DNA of 64,000 bases from the sequence record PP355090.1, one strand, 5' to 3'. This stretch comes from Escherichia phage 232Ecol030PP. Both the position numbers and the translations under genes were made by a program. Under the pieces are notes generated by a model. The model searched no databases. It saw only the letters and a list, made by a program, of their open reading frames with translations, and had not been told where the DNA came from. Positions 8,719 through 20,690 of the stretch are shown one piece after another. Each line of letters starts with the position of its first letter. Position 1 is the first letter of the stretch.

Positions 8719-9443
8719 TATAGTACCTTTAGTGTATTTTTAATTTTAGAAAAAAGTTCTTCAAGAGAACCATCGTTTGTAATTACTAAATCGCCATCAC
8801 GAATTGGCAATCCAGCTTCTGTAATATGTGTATCATTGGATTTTTGACCAGGACGAACTACATGAATTACTGTAGCACCCATCGCCCTAGCCGCATCCAT
8901 TTCATGATCTTGACGGGTATCAGGAACGATATAATAATCATAACCTGAGTTAAATTTATCAAGATAATCTAAAGCAAATAATTTTACCCAGTACATGCGG
9001 TCGAAGTTATTAACAATCAAATCCGTACCTAGGGCTTGCATCAGACGACGGACTGACCATTGATCTTCAATATTATTTATAACGTCAATAATCTTGTTAA
9101 ATGCTACGGAATTAACTGATTCTTGTCCTTCGTCATCAAAAACAAACACACCTTTAATTGGGCTTTTACCATTAAGATAGCAAAATGCTTGTTCCATAAT
9201 CGTGATTACTTCTAATTTAGTTAGATTTAAATTAGTCTCACGATCATAGTCAATTCCTTCAAACTCTTTACGAGTTAAGCAAGGATAGTCGGTATTTGCT
9301 GCAAATACTCCCCATGCATAAGCCAATGCATCCTTAATAGGACCAGCAAGTTGGTATTTAACTGCAGAATAATTGCTCATGATAAAATCAGCAGTAGTAT
9401 CTTTTCCACTACGCTTTACACCGCTTAAAAAGATTAGTTTCAT
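8718..9443 (-). CDS. 1: Deoxynucleoside monophosphate kinase
   Basis: 241 aa; P-loop GVKRSGKDT; matches T4 gp1 length and order. Confidence 0.92.
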
Positions 9444-9492
9444 ATGTTTCTCCTCAAATTTAGTTAAGATTATAACACATGAAACTGAAGCA

Positions 9493-10023
9493 TTAAACTT
9501 CCGCTATAATTTTTCCATCTTTTTCTACTTGAAAATACGTATAAGGAATCGTTGCTGTACATACTAAAGCCGGGTCTGAATCTTCTGTGTAGCTAAATTC
9601 TACTTCAGATAGGTCAGAAACCCAAGGCTTATAAAAATTTATTGACATCACGATTTCAGTTTTGCTATTATCTAAAATGTAAAGCGTAATGTATTCAGGA
9701 CCTGTTTTTTGGGCAGTATTTTCACCTGTAAGATAGTTGCTAGTTCCTAGCATCCATTCATACATTCCTATCCATGACTTAAGTTCTTCATCAACTATAA
9801 ATCTCACGATGAGTGGATCGTACTCAAATGTAGCACCTGGACGTTGTGCTCGGCCCAGTCCAAACGGCCCAGTCACGGTATCAGTAACAGGTATTCTAAT
9901 TCCTGGAATAGGAACTGACTGAGCATTTAAAGTAAAAGCAGATGTAGTATTACTATGTGGTATTGATACTACAAAGTTAGTTGTATTTGCTTGGTTAAAA
10001 ATTTGTTGCAGTGCTTGCGACAT
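9493..10023 (-). CDS. 3: Tail completion / sheath stabiliser gp3
   Basis: ORF track 9493..10104; start placed at internal Met (MSQALQQIFNQ...) giving 176 aa, the T4 gp3 length. Confidence 0.8.
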   Translation of the reverse strand: MSQALQQIFNQANTTNFVVSIPHSNTTSAFTLNAQSVPIPGIRIPVTDTVTGPFGLGRAQRPGATFEYDPLIVRFIVDEELKSWIGMYEWMLGTSNYLTGENTAQKTGPEYITLYILDNSKTEIVMSINFYKPWVSDLSEVEFSYTEDSDPALVCTATIPYTYFQVEKDGKIIAEV

Positions 10024-10129
10024 ATATTCCTCATAATGCTTTATAACTGTTGGTGGTATAATGGGTCTAAGTCCCTTCCATTCAATTCCATTTAGAACAA
10101 ACAACAGAAAAGAATGGAAGATAATAGAA

Positions 10130-10954
10130 TTAGATATTTGACCAGACTTTGTTTGCAGAGAAACGTTTTCCTTTTGAAACGAACTGCTGAAGTGGCATTA
10201 ACACAACGTTCGCCCAGTCTTTCGGGGCGATTTCAACAAGGCTACCCATAATATTACCAGGTATATATGCCTTAATCATTTGGTCTGCACCCCTAAATCC
10301 TTTCACTTGACTCCAATCAATTTTTAATTTCGTTTTATTAGTAATAGTAGGTGTATTTGCATATTGCTTTAAAAGCTCTTCTAGAAACTGTTGACGAGCT
10401 TTAGGTGGAATATAGTGCAAGTTCAATCCGTACATTAAATTATGCTTACCTAAACCAAGGTAAATTATCAAAGGAAATTTATCCCAGTAAGGAAGAGTTT
10501 CCTTGTGTTTAGCATCATAAGCAAAAGCATATATTCGTCCCGGCTGCGGGCGAACAACTTTATGTCCTTTTACTTGCTTAATAGTTTCAGCAAACCACTT
10601 TCTGGTTTTATTATTAATTGCTGCGCCTTCATTACGAATTTTATCGCGCAATGTTTGTCTGAATGAATTTATCATAAGCAGTTGTCTTTCTTGCTTATTG
10701 AGTTTATTCATTGGTTTTGATTCAAGCTTTTGAATCTTTTCAGCCGTTTTAATTCCTGAAGCATATTTTGACATTGCTGAAGTAAACGTAGAGTATTTGA
10801 TTCCTCTTTCTTCAGCAAATTGCTTTCCTGTCATTCCTTTTGCTTTGGCCTTTTTATATTCAAGACCTATCTGAATCCATTTCTTTTCGTTTAATGATTG
10901 CTTAACCTTTGGAACTTGGGGAGTGCTTTCATTAATTATTTGAAAAATAGCCAT
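10130..10954 (-). CDS. 2: DNA end protector protein gp2
   Basis: 274 aa; conserved order 3-2-4. Confidence 0.88.
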
Positions 10955-11406
10955 TATGCCCCCTTAAAGCCAAGAGCTCGTAATCCATCTTCTGTCAGAA
11001 TTCTAAATTTTATTCCACGCTTTTCAGCTAAAGCTTGCGCTGCTTTCCATTTGTCGGTATTAACAGAATATGTATAAATTTCATTCATAAATCTTTTCTT
11101 CGCTGCGGTTGTTAGATGTGCTGGTTTAACTGGTGGTTGTGTTTCTTTTTTAGGTTTTATTTCAATAAAAAATTCTTGTCCAGAAGAATCTTTCATCCAA
11201 ATATCCATGAAGTATCTACGTTTTTTCCCTTCTGCATTACAAAAATAAGGAATTACTGCTGTTTCACTACCCCATGCAATAATTTCTGGATTTTTATCTA
11301 ACCATTCAAAAAAGAATTTTTCCCAATTTGATCTATACGTAATTTTTTTAGGGTCACCTCTATACTTTGATATATTTTTAGGAACCCATTTTCCAGAATA
11401 TGCCAT
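10954..11406 (-). CDS. 4: Head completion protein gp4
   Basis: 150 aa; stop/start abut gene 2. Confidence 0.88.
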
Positions 11407-11417
11407 TGGATTCTCCT

Positions 11418-11425
11418 TATAAATA
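11418..11425 (+). promoter_or_regulatory. Late promoter TATAAATA for gene 53
   Basis: exact TATAAATA 29 nt upstream of the gene 53 ATG. Confidence 0.6.
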
Positions 11426-11432
11426 GATAATA

Positions 11433-11440
11433 TATTTATA
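11433..11440 (-). promoter_or_regulatory. Late promoter TATAAATA (minus strand) for gene 4
   Basis: plus tatttata 27 nt upstream of the gene 4 ATG; divergent with the gene 53 promoter. Confidence 0.6.
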
Positions 11441-11453
11441 AACAGGAGGGCCC

Positions 11454-12044
11454 ATGCTCTTTACATTTTTTGATCCGATTGAATATGCGGCCAAAACGGT
11501 GAATAAAAACGCGCCGACTATTCCTATGACAGATATTTTTAGAAACTATAAAGACTATTTTAAACGCGCTCTTGCGGGATACCGCTTACGTACTTATTAT
11601 ATCAAAGGTTCACCACGCCCGGAAGAATTAGCAAATACTATATATGGAAATCCACAGTTGTATTGGGTTTTATTGATGTGTAATGATAATTATGACCCGT
11701 ATTATGGATGGATTACTTCACAAGAAGCAGCTTATCAAGCATCTATACAAAAATACAAAAATGTAGGTGGAGACCAAATAGTATATCATGTGAATGAGAA
11801 CGGTGAAAAATTTTATAATTTAATATCATACGATGATAATCCATATGTTTGGTATGATAAAGGTGATAAAGCTAGAAAATATCCTCAATATGAAGGAGCA
11901 CTTGCTGCTGTTAATACGTATGAAGATGCTGTTCTTGAAAATGAAAAACTTCGTCAAATAAAAATAATAGCAAAATCAGACATTAATTCATTTATGAACG
12001 ACCTTATACGTATAATGGAGAAATCTTATGGAAATGATAAGTAA
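11454..12044 (+). CDS. 53: Baseplate wedge protein gp53
   Basis: 196 aa; position and length as T4 gp53. Confidence 0.9.
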   Translation: MLFTFFDPIEYAAKTVNKNAPTIPMTDIFRNYKDYFKRALAGYRLRTYYIKGSPRPEELANTIYGNPQLYWVLLMCNDNYDPYYGWITSQEAAYQASIQKYKNVGGDQIVYHVNENGEKFYNLISYDDNPYVWYDKGDKARKYPQYEGALAAVNTYEDAVLENEKLRQIKIIAKSDINSFMNDLIRIMEKSYGNDK

Positions 12045-13755
12045 TAACCTTAATTGGTTTGTTGGTGTTGTTGAAGATAGAATGGACCCATTAAAATTAG
12101 GTCGTGTTCGTGTTCGTGTGGTTGGTCTGCATCCACCTCAAAGAGCACAAGGCGATGTAATGGGTATTCCAACTGAAAAATTACCATGGATGTCAGTTAT
12201 TCAACCTATAACTTCTGCAGCAATGTCTGGAATTGGAGGTTCTGTTACTGGACCGGTAGAAGGAACTAGAGTTTATGGTCATTTTTTAGACAAATGGAAA
12301 ACTAACGGAATTGTCCTTGGCACGTATGGTGGAATAGTTCGCGAAAAACCGAATAGACTTGAAGGATTTTCTGACCCAACTGGGCAATATCCTAGACGTT
12401 TAGGAAATGATACTAATGTATTAAACCAAGGCGGAGAAGTAGGATATGATTCGTCTTCTAACATTATCCAAGATAGTAACTTAGACACTGCAATAAATCC
12501 CGATGATAGACCACTATCAGAGATTCCAACCGATGATAATCCAAATATGTCAATGGCTGACATGCTTCGCCGTGATGAAGGATTAAGACTAAAAGTTTAT
12601 TGGGATACTGAAGGATATCCGACAATTGGTATTGGTCATCTTATCATGAAGCAGCCAGTTCGTGATATGGCTCAAATTAATAAAGTTTTATCAAAACAAG
12701 TTGGTCGTGAAATTACTGGAAACCCAGGTTCTATTACGATGGAAGAGGCGACGACTTTATTTGAACGTGATTTGGCTGATATGCAACGGGACATTAAATC
12801 ACATTCTAAAGTAGGACCAGTCTGGCAAGCTGTCAACCGTTCTCGTCAAATGGCGTTAGAAAATATGGCATTTCAAATGGGTGTTGGCGGTGTAGCTAAA
12901 TTTAACACAATGTTAACTGCTATGTTAGCCGGAGATTGGGAAAAAGCATATAAAGCCGGTCGTGATTCATTGTGGTATCAACAAACAAAAGGCCGTGCAT
13001 CCCGTGTTACCATGATTATTCTTACGGGGAATTTGGAATCATATGGTGTTGAAGTGAAAACCCCAGCTAGGTCTCTATCAGCAATGGCTGCTACTGTAGC
13101 TAAATCTTCTGACCCGGCTGACCCTCCTATTCCAAATGACTCGAGAATTTTATTCAAAGAACCAGTTTCTTCATATAAAGGTGAATATCCTTATGTGCAT
13201 ACAATGGAAACTGAAAGCGGACATATTCAGGAATTTGATGATACTCCTGGGCAAGAACGATACAGATTAGTTCATCCGACTGGAACTTATGAAGAAGTAT
13301 CACCGTCAGGAAGAAGAACAAGAAAAACTGTCGATAATTTGTATGATATAACCAACGCTGATGGTAATTTTTTGGTAGCCGGTGATAAAAAGACTAACGT
13401 CGGTGGATCAGAAATTTATTACAACATGGATAATCGTCTTCACCAAATAGATGGAAGCAATACAATATTTGTACGTGGCGATGAAACTAAGACAGTTGAA
13501 GGCAATGGAACTATCCTAGTTAAAGGTAATGTTACTATTGTAGTTGAAGGTAATGCTGACATTACAGTTAAAGGAGATGCTACCACTTTAGTTGAAGGAA
13601 ATCAAACTAACACAGTAAATGGAAATCTTTCTTGGAAAGTTGCTGGGACAGTTGATTGGGACGTTGGTGGTGATTGGACAGAAAAAATGGCATCTATGAG
13701 TTCTATTTCATCTGGTCAATACACAATTGATGGATCGAGGATTGACATTGGCTAA
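12028..13755 (+). CDS. 5: Baseplate hub / tail-associated lysozyme gp5
   Basis: 575 aa; lysozyme-like motif DMLRRDEGLRLKVYWDTEGYPTIGIGHL and C-terminal VxGxxxxxx beta-helix repeats. Confidence 0.95.
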   Translation: MEMISNNLNWFVGVVEDRMDPLKLGRVRVRVVGLHPPQRAQGDVMGIPTEKLPWMSVIQPITSAAMSGIGGSVTGPVEGTRVYGHFLDKWKTNGIVLGTYGGIVREKPNRLEGFSDPTGQYPRRLGNDTNVLNQGGEVGYDSSSNIIQDSNLDTAINPDDRPLSEIPTDDNPNMSMADMLRRDEGLRLKVYWDTEGYPTIGIGHLIMKQPVRDMAQINKVLSKQVGREITGNPGSITMEEATTLFERDLADMQRDIKSHSKVGPVWQAVNRSRQMALENMAFQMGVGGVAKFNTMLTAMLAGDWEKAYKAGRDSLWYQQTKGRASRVTMIILTGNLESYGVEVKTPARSLSAMAATVAKSSDPADPPIPNDSRILFKEPVSSYKGEYPYVHTMETESGHIQEFDDTPGQERYRLVHPTGTYEEVSPSGRRTRKTVDNLYDITNADGNFLVAGDKKTNVGGSEIYYNMDNRLHQIDGSNTIFVRGDETKTVEGNGTILVKGNVTIVVEGNADITVKGDATTLVEGNQTNTVNGNLSWKVAGTVDWDVGGDWTEKMASMSSISSGQYTIDGSRIDIG

Positions 13756-14284
13756 TATACTTCCAATGAGCGCTGATTTAGGAGAATCCATGGAAGGTTC
13801 TTCTATCGACGTCACCTTTACCGCTCAATTAGAAACAGGTGAAACGTTAGTATCTATAAATATAACTAGTTACGAAGAAACTCCTGGGGTTTTAGTAGAA
13901 GAAAATCGCTTATACGGAACATATGAATCTGTGTTTGGATTTGGAAATGACGCGTTGAAATATCGTTTAGGCGATGAATTTAAAACTGCTGCTTCATGGG
14001 AAGAACTTCCTACTGATTCTGATACTCAGTTGTATTTATGGAAAGCTCCTCAAAACCTCCAGAAGACATTCACTTACGAAGTAACATTAATATATGACTA
14101 CCAAGAACAAAGTGAATCTGGAGGTTCTGGCAGTAATTCTAGGTCATCTTCTGATACTACTGAACCGACAGATCCTCCTGCTCCAGTAAGAAAAACTCTC
14201 GTTAAAAATTATACTAAAACTATAGTTGGAAATTGGAGTCGTTGGGCTAATAAATTAAGAAGCTATGTGTATGAGAGGTCATAG
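13727..14284 (+). CDS. 5.1: gp5.1-like hypothetical protein
   Basis: 185 aa ORF between genes 5 and 5.4; true start may be downstream. Confidence 0.65.
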
Positions 14285-14578
14285 ATGTCAGGATTAAGTT
14301 ATGATAAATGTGTTACTGCTGGTCATGAAGCATGGCCTCCAACAGTTGTGAATGCTACACAAAGTAAAGTATTCACTGGAGGAATTGCTGTTCTCGTAGC
14401 AGGTGATCCAATTACAGAACATACAGAAATTAAAAAGCCATATGAAACACATGGCGGAGTGACACAACCCAGAACTTCTAAGGTATATGTCACTGGAAAG
14501 AAAGCTGTTCAAATGGCTGATCCAATATCATGCGGTGATACTGTGGCTCAGGCATCATCTAAAGTATTCATTAAATAG
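14285..14578 (+). CDS. 5.4: PAAR-repeat tail spike tip protein gp5.4
   Basis: 97 aa; small Gly/Val-rich protein with conserved Cys/His; position after gene 5. Confidence 0.85.
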
Positions 14579-14586
14579 GATTTAAA

Positions 14587-16569
14587 ATGGCAAATACCCC
14601 TGTAAATTATCAATTAACAAGAACAGCAAATGCTATTCCCGAGATATTCGTCGGGGGTACATTTGCTGAAATAAAACAAAACCTCATTGAATGGCTTAAT
14701 GGCCAAAATGAATTTTTGGATTATGATTTTGAAGGCTCAAGATTAAACGTTCTGTGTGACCTTTTAGCTTATAATACATTGTACATTCAACAGTTTGGTA
14801 ATGCTGCTGTGTATGAAAGCTTTATGCGTACTGCTAACTTACGAAGTTCAGTTGTTCAAGCTGCACAAGATAACGGATATTTACCTACTTCAAAATCCGC
14901 TGCGCAGACCGAAATTATGTTAACATGCACCGACGCATTGAATAGGAATTACATTACTATTCCTCGCGGAACTCGCTTTTTAGCATATGCAAAAGATACT
15001 TCTGTTAATCCATATAACTTCGTTTCTACCGAAGACGTTATTGCTATTCGTGATAAAAATAACCAATATTTTCCGCGTTTAAAATTGGCCCAGGGACGTA
15101 TAGTAAGAACTGAAATCATTTATGATAAATTAACACCTATTATCATTTATGATAAAAATATTGATAGAAACCAGGTTAAATTATACGTTGATGGAGCAGA
15201 ATGGATTAACTGGACAAGAAAGTCAATGGTTCATGCTGGTTCTACATCGACAATTTACTACATGCGTGAAACTATTGATGGAAATACTGAATTCTATTTT
15301 GGTGAAGGTGAAATTTCTGTTAATGCTTCTGAAGGAGCTTTGACCGCTAATTATATCGGAGGTCTTAAACCTACTCAGAACTCTACGATTGTTATTGAGT
15401 ACATCAGTACTAATGGTGCTGACGCGAACGGAGCAGTCGGATTTTCATACGCAGATACATTAACAAATATAACTGTCATCAATATTAATGAAAATCCAAA
15501 CGATGACCCAGATTTTGTTGGGGCAGATGGCGGCGGTGATCCAGAAGATATTGAGCGTATCCGCGAATTGGGTACTATTAAACGCGAAACCCAGCAACGC
15601 TGCGTAACTGCGACTGACTATGATACATTCGTTTCAGAGAGATTTGGTTCTATTATTCAAGCAGTTCAGACTTTCACTGATTCTACTAAACCTGGTTATG
15701 CATTTATTGCTGCTAAACCTAAATCAGGTCTGTATTTAACTACTGTACAGCGTGAAGATATTAAAAATTATCTCAAAGACTATAATTTAGCTCCTATTAC
15801 GCCATCAATTATTTCTCCTAATTATCTTTTTATTAAGACTAATTTAAAAGTCACATATGCTTTAAATAAGCTGCAAGAATCCGAACAGTGGCTCGAAGGT
15901 CAAATAATTGATAAAATTGATCGTTATTATACCGAAGACGTAGAAATTTTTAATTCATCTTTCGCTAAATCTAAGATGTTGACATATGTAGATGATGCAG
16001 ATCATTCTATCATTGGCTCATCAGCGACAATTCAAATTGTTCGTGAAGTACAAAACTTCTATAAAACGCCTGAAGCAGGTATTAAATACAATAATCAAAT
16101 AAAAGATCGTTCTATGGAATCTAATACGTTTTCATTTAATTCTGGACGAAAGGTTGTAAATCCTGATACTGGTTTAGAAGAAGATGTATTATATGACGTT
16201 CGCATAGTATCAACAGACCGAGATTCTAAAGGAATTGGTAAAGTTATTATTGGTCCATTTGCTTCTGGCGATGTTACAGAAAATGAAAACATTCAGCCAT
16301 ATACAGGCAACGATTTTAACAAATTAGCAAATTCTGATGGACGCGACAAATACTATGTTATCGGTGAAATAAATTATCCAGCTGATGTGATTTATTGGAA
16401 TATCGCTAAAATTAATTTAACATCTGAAAAATTTGAAGTTCAGACCATCGAATTATATTCTGACCCAACCGATGATGTTATCTTTACTCGCGACGGTTCA
16501 CTGATTGTATTTGAAAATGACTTACGTCCACAATACTTAACTATCGATTTGGAGCCTATATCACAATGA
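14587..16569 (+). CDS. 6: Baseplate wedge protein gp6
   Basis: 660 aa, T4 gp6 length and order. Confidence 0.93.
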   Translation: MANTPVNYQLTRTANAIPEIFVGGTFAEIKQNLIEWLNGQNEFLDYDFEGSRLNVLCDLLAYNTLYIQQFGNAAVYESFMRTANLRSSVVQAAQDNGYLPTSKSAAQTEIMLTCTDALNRNYITIPRGTRFLAYAKDTSVNPYNFVSTEDVIAIRDKNNQYFPRLKLAQGRIVRTEIIYDKLTPIIIYDKNIDRNQVKLYVDGAEWINWTRKSMVHAGSTSTIYYMRETIDGNTEFYFGEGEISVNASEGALTANYIGGLKPTQNSTIVIEYISTNGADANGAVGFSYADTLTNITVININENPNDDPDFVGADGGGDPEDIERIRELGTIKRETQQRCVTATDYDTFVSERFGSIIQAVQTFTDSTKPGYAFIAAKPKSGLYLTTVQREDIKNYLKDYNLAPITPSIISPNYLFIKTNLKVTYALNKLQESEQWLEGQIIDKIDRYYTEDVEIFNSSFAKSKMLTYVDDADHSIIGSSATIQIVREVQNFYKTPEAGIKYNNQIKDRSMESNTFSFNSGRKVVNPDTGLEEDVLYDVRIVSTDRDSKGIGKVIIGPFASGDVTENENIQPYTGNDFNKLANSDGRDKYYVIGEINYPADVIYWNIAKINLTSEKFEVQTIELYSDPTDDVIFTRDGSLIVFENDLRPQYLTIDLEPISQ

Positions 16570-19500
16570 CAGTAAAAGCACCTTCAGTCACTAGTCTCAG
16601 AATTTCCAAGTTATCCGCAAATCAGGTGCAAGTACGCTGGGATGACGTTGGTGCTAATTTCTACTATTTTGTAGAAATCGCTGAGACAAAAACGAACTCG
16701 GGGGAAAATCTCCCGAGTAATCAATACAGATGGATTAACTTAGGATATACTGCAAATAACAGCTTCTTTTTTGATGATGCTGACCCATTGACATCATACA
16801 TTATCAGAGTAGCTACAGCTGCGCAAGATTTTGAGCAGTCTGATTGGATTTATACCGAAGAGTTTGAAACTTTTGCTACAAATGCTTATACATTTCAAAA
16901 CATGATTGAAATGCAATTAGCCAATAAATTCATTCAGGAAAAATTTACTCTTAATAATTCTGATTATGTTAATTTTAACAATGACACTATAATGGCTGCA
17001 TTGATGAATGAATCATTTCAATTCAGCCCATCGTATGTTGATGTTTCATCAATAAGTAATTTTATTATTGGTGAAAATGAGTATCATGAAATACAAGGTT
17101 CTATTCAGCAAGTATGTAAGGATATTAACCGAGTTTATTTGATGGAATCAGAAGGAATTCTATATCTTTTTGAGCGCTATCAACCTGTAGTTAAAGTATC
17201 CAATGATAAAGGACAAACCTGGAAAGCCGTAAAGCTCTTCAATGACCGTGTAGGATATCCTTTATCTAAGACAGTATATTACCAATCTGCGAACACAACA
17301 TACGTTCTAGGATACGACAAGATTTTCTATGGCCGTAAATCGACTGACGTTAGATGGTCAGCAGATGATGTCAGATTCAGTTCGCAGGATATAACATTTG
17401 CTAAACTTGGCGACCAGTTACATTTAGGATTTGATGTAGAAATCTTTGGTACTTATGCGACTTTACCAGCGAATGTATATCGTATAGCTGAAGCCATTAC
17501 TTGTACGGATGATTATATCTATGTTGTTGCCAGAGATAAAGTTAGATATATAAAAACGAGCAATGCACCTATAGATTCTGATCCATTATCTCCAACATAT
17601 TCGGAAAGGCTATTTGAATCTGATACAATGACTATAACTGGAAATCCTAAAGCAGTATGCTATAAAATGGATTCTATTGGTGATAAAGTTTTTGCTCTTA
17701 TTATCGGTGAAGTTGAAACATTAAATGCTAATCCTAGAACGTCAAAAATAATTGATTCTACTGATAAAGGAATATATGTTTTAAATCATGACACAAAAAC
17801 GTGGAAAAGAGTTTTTGGCAACACTGAAGAAGAAAGAAGACGTATTCAACCTGGGTATGCGAATATGTCAACTGATGGTAAATTAGTTTCTCTATCTTCG
17901 AGTAATTTTAAATTTTTAAATGATAACGTTGTTAATGACCCTGAAACTGTAGCAAAATATCAGTTAATCGGTGCCGTTAAATATGAATTTCCTCGTGAAT
18001 GGTTAGCTGATAAGCATTATCATATGATGGCATTTATAGCAGATGAAAAGTCTGATTGGGAAACTTTTACGCCTCAGCCAATGAAATACTACGCAGAACC
18101 GTTCTTTAATTGGTCTAAAAAATCTAACACACGCTGTTGGATAAACAACTCTAATAGAACTGTAGTAGTTTATGCTGATTTAAAATACACTAAAGTTATA
18201 GAAAATATTCCGGAAACATCACCAGATAGATTAGTTCATGAATACTGGGATGATGGTGATTGTACGATAGTAATGCCAAATGTTAAATTCACGGGATTTA
18301 AAAAATATGCGTCTGGGATGCTTTTTTATAAATCTTCTGGTGAAATAATTTCTTATTATGATTTTAACTATCGTGTGAGAGATACAGTAGAAATTATTTG
18401 GAAGCCGACTGGAGTATTTTTAAAAGCATTTTTACAAAACCAAGAGCATGAGACTCCTTGGTCGCCAGAAGAAGAGCATGGATTAGCTGACCCTGATTTA
18501 AGACCATTAATTGGCACAATGATGCCTGATTCTTATTTGTTGCAGGATTCGAATTTTGAGGCATTTTGTGAAGCATATATTCAATATCTTTCTGACGGAT
18601 ACGGAACTCAGTATAATAATTTACGAAATTTAATTCGTAATCAGTATCCACGAGAAGAGCATGCGTGGGAATATTTGTGGTCAGAGATATATAAAAGAAA
18701 CATTTATTTAAATGCTGACAAACGTGATGCTGTTGCAAGATTTTTTGAATCACGTAGTTATGATTTTTATTCTACTAAAGGAATTGAAGCATCATACAAA
18801 TTTCTTTTTAAAGTTCTTTATAATGAAGAAGTTGAAATTGAAATTGAATCTGGAGCTGGTACTGAATATGATATAATCGTTCAATCTGATTCTTTGACTG
18901 AGGATTTAGTAGGACAAACGATTTATACAGCTACAGGAAGATGTAATGTTACTTATATAGAAAGAAGTTATTCTAATGGTAAATTGCAATGGACCGTGAC
19001 TATACATAATCTTTTGGGGCGTTTAATAGCAGGGCAAGAAGTTAAAGCAGAAAGACTTCCTAGTTTTGAAGGCGAAATTATTCGTGGGGTTAAAGGAAAG
19101 GATTTGCTTCAAAATAATATAGACTATATTAATAGAAGTCGATCATATTATGTAATGAAAATTAAATCCAATTTACCTTCTTCTCGTTGGAAATCTGACG
19201 TTATTCGTTTTGTTCATCCAGTAGGATTTGGATTTATAGCAATCACGCTTTTAACTATGTTTATTAATGTCGGTTTAACTCTTAAACACACAGAGACAAT
19301 AATTAATAAATATAAAAACTACAAATGGGATTCTGGATTGCCTACTGAATATGCTGATAGAGTAGCTAAATTAACTCCAACTGGTGAAATTGAACATGAT
19401 TCAGTAACAGGAGAAGCAATTTATGAACCTGGCCCAATGGCTGGTGTAAAATATCCTCTTCCTGATGACTATAATGCTGAAAATAATAATTCAATATTTC

Positions 19501-19664
19501 AAGGTCAATTGCCTTCTGAACGACGCAAGTTAATGAGTCCTCTATTTGACGCATCTGGAACAACATTTGCACAGTTTAGGGATTTAGTTAATAAACGTCT
19601 AAAAGATAATATAGGAAATCCAAGAGACCCTGAAAATCCAACACAGGTTAAAATAGATGAATGA
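16566..19664 (+). CDS. 7: Baseplate wedge protein gp7
   Basis: 1032 aa, T4 gp7 length and order. Confidence 0.93.
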   Translation: MTVKAPSVTSLRISKLSANQVQVRWDDVGANFYYFVEIAETKTNSGENLPSNQYRWINLGYTANNSFFFDDADPLTSYIIRVATAAQDFEQSDWIYTEEFETFATNAYTFQNMIEMQLANKFIQEKFTLNNSDYVNFNNDTIMAALMNESFQFSPSYVDVSSISNFIIGENEYHEIQGSIQQVCKDINRVYLMESEGILYLFERYQPVVKVSNDKGQTWKAVKLFNDRVGYPLSKTVYYQSANTTYVLGYDKIFYGRKSTDVRWSADDVRFSSQDITFAKLGDQLHLGFDVEIFGTYATLPANVYRIAEAITCTDDYIYVVARDKVRYIKTSNAPIDSDPLSPTYSERLFESDTMTITGNPKAVCYKMDSIGDKVFALIIGEVETLNANPRTSKIIDSTDKGIYVLNHDTKTWKRVFGNTEEERRRIQPGYANMSTDGKLVSLSSSNFKFLNDNVVNDPETVAKYQLIGAVKYEFPREWLADKHYHMMAFIADEKSDWETFTPQPMKYYAEPFFNWSKKSNTRCWINNSNRTVVVYADLKYTKVIENIPETSPDRLVHEYWDDGDCTIVMPNVKFTGFKKYASGMLFYKSSGEIISYYDFNYRVRDTVEIIWKPTGVFLKAFLQNQEHETPWSPEEEHGLADPDLRPLIGTMMPDSYLLQDSNFEAFCEAYIQYLSDGYGTQYNNLRNLIRNQYPREEHAWEYLWSEIYKRNIYLNADKRDAVARFFESRSYDFYSTKGIEASYKFLFKVLYNEEVEIEIESGAGTEYDIIVQSDSLTEDLVGQTIYTATGRCNVTYIERSYSNGKLQWTVTIHNLLGRLIAGQEVKAERLPSFEGEIIRGVKGKDLLQNNIDYINRSRSYYVMKIKSNLPSSRWKSDVIRFVHPVGFGFIAITLLTMFINVGLTLKHTETIINKYKNYKWDSGLPTEYADRVAKLTPTGEIEHDSVTGEAIYEPGPMAGVKYPLPDDYNAENNNSIFQGQLPSERRKLMSPLFDASGTTFAQFRDLVNKRLKDNIGNPRDPENPTQVKIDE

Positions 19665-20661
19665 TTCAAGTGTTATCTATCGTGCGATAGTTACTTCAAA
19701 ATTTAGAACAGAAAAAATGTTGAATTTTTATAATTCAATTGGGAGTGGTCCGGATAAAAACACTATCTTTATCACATTTGGAAGATCAGAACCGTGGTCA
19801 TCAAATGAAAATGAGGTGGGCTTTGCCCCACCTTATCCAACCGATTCTGTATTAGGCGTAACTGACATGTGGACGCATATGATGGGAACAGTAAAAGTTC
19901 TTCCATCAATGCTTGATGCTGTTATTCCTCGCAGAGATTGGGGAGATACTAGATATCCGGATCCATACACATTTAGAATTAACGATATTGTAGTGTGTAA
20001 CTCAGCTCCTTACAACGCTACTGAATCAGGCGCAGGCTGGTTAGTATATCGTTGTTTAGATGTTCCTGATACCGGAATGTGTTCAATAGCATCTTTAACT
20101 AATAAGGATGAATGCCTCAAATTAGGCGGAAAATGGACTCCTTCTGTTAGGTCAATGACTCCTCCTGAAGGTCGAGGAGATGCGGAAGGAACAATCGAAC
20201 CTGGAGACGGATATGTTTGGGAATATCTTTTTGAGATTCCGCCCGATGTATCTATAAATAGATGCACAAATGAATATATCGTAGTTCCTTGGCCTGAGGA
20301 ATTAAAAGAAGACCCAACTAGATGGGGGTATGAAGATAATCTCACTTGGCAGCAAGATGATTTTGGGTTAATTTATCGTGTTAAAGCTAATACAATTCGT
20401 TTTAAAGCATATTTAGATTCAGTTTATTTTCCTGAAGCTGCATTGCCGGGAAATAAAGGATTTAGACAAATATCAATAATCACGAATCCTCTTGAAGCTA
20501 AAGTTCATCCAAATGATCCAAACGTTAAAGCTGAAAAGGATTATTATGATCCAGAAGATTTAATGAGGCATTCGGGCGAAATGATTTATATGGAAAATAG
20601 GCCACCTATTATCATGGCAATGGATCAGACAGAAGAAATCAATATTCTGTTTACATTTTAA
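19657..20661 (+). CDS. 8: Baseplate wedge protein gp8
   Basis: 334 aa. Confidence 0.93.
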   Translation: MNDSSVIYRAIVTSKFRTEKMLNFYNSIGSGPDKNTIFITFGRSEPWSSNENEVGFAPPYPTDSVLGVTDMWTHMMGTVKVLPSMLDAVIPRRDWGDTRYPDPYTFRINDIVVCNSAPYNATESGAGWLVYRCLDVPDTGMCSIASLTNKDECLKLGGKWTPSVRSMTPPEGRGDAEGTIEPGDGYVWEYLFEIPPDVSINRCTNEYIVVPWPEELKEDPTRWGYEDNLTWQQDDFGLIYRVKANTIRFKAYLDSVYFPEAALPGNKGFRQISIITNPLEAKVHPNDPNVKAEKDYYDPEDLMRHSGEMIYMENRPPIIMAMDQTEEINILFTF

Positions 20662-20666
20662 ATTAA

Positions 20667-20690
20667 GGGAGCCCATGGGCTCCCTTTTTC
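20667..20690 (+). terminator. Terminator-like hairpin after gene 8 (copy 1; copy 2 at 20808-20831)
   Basis: GGGAGCCCATGGGCTCCC followed by TTTTTC. Confidence 0.6.

Noticed and set aside
12279-12563. 94-aa minus-strand ORF inside gene 5
   Set aside because: Fully embedded antisense in a well-supported coding region; no promoter or RBS context.
20010-20345. 111-aa minus-strand ORF inside gene 8
   Set aside because: Antisense within a conserved structural gene.
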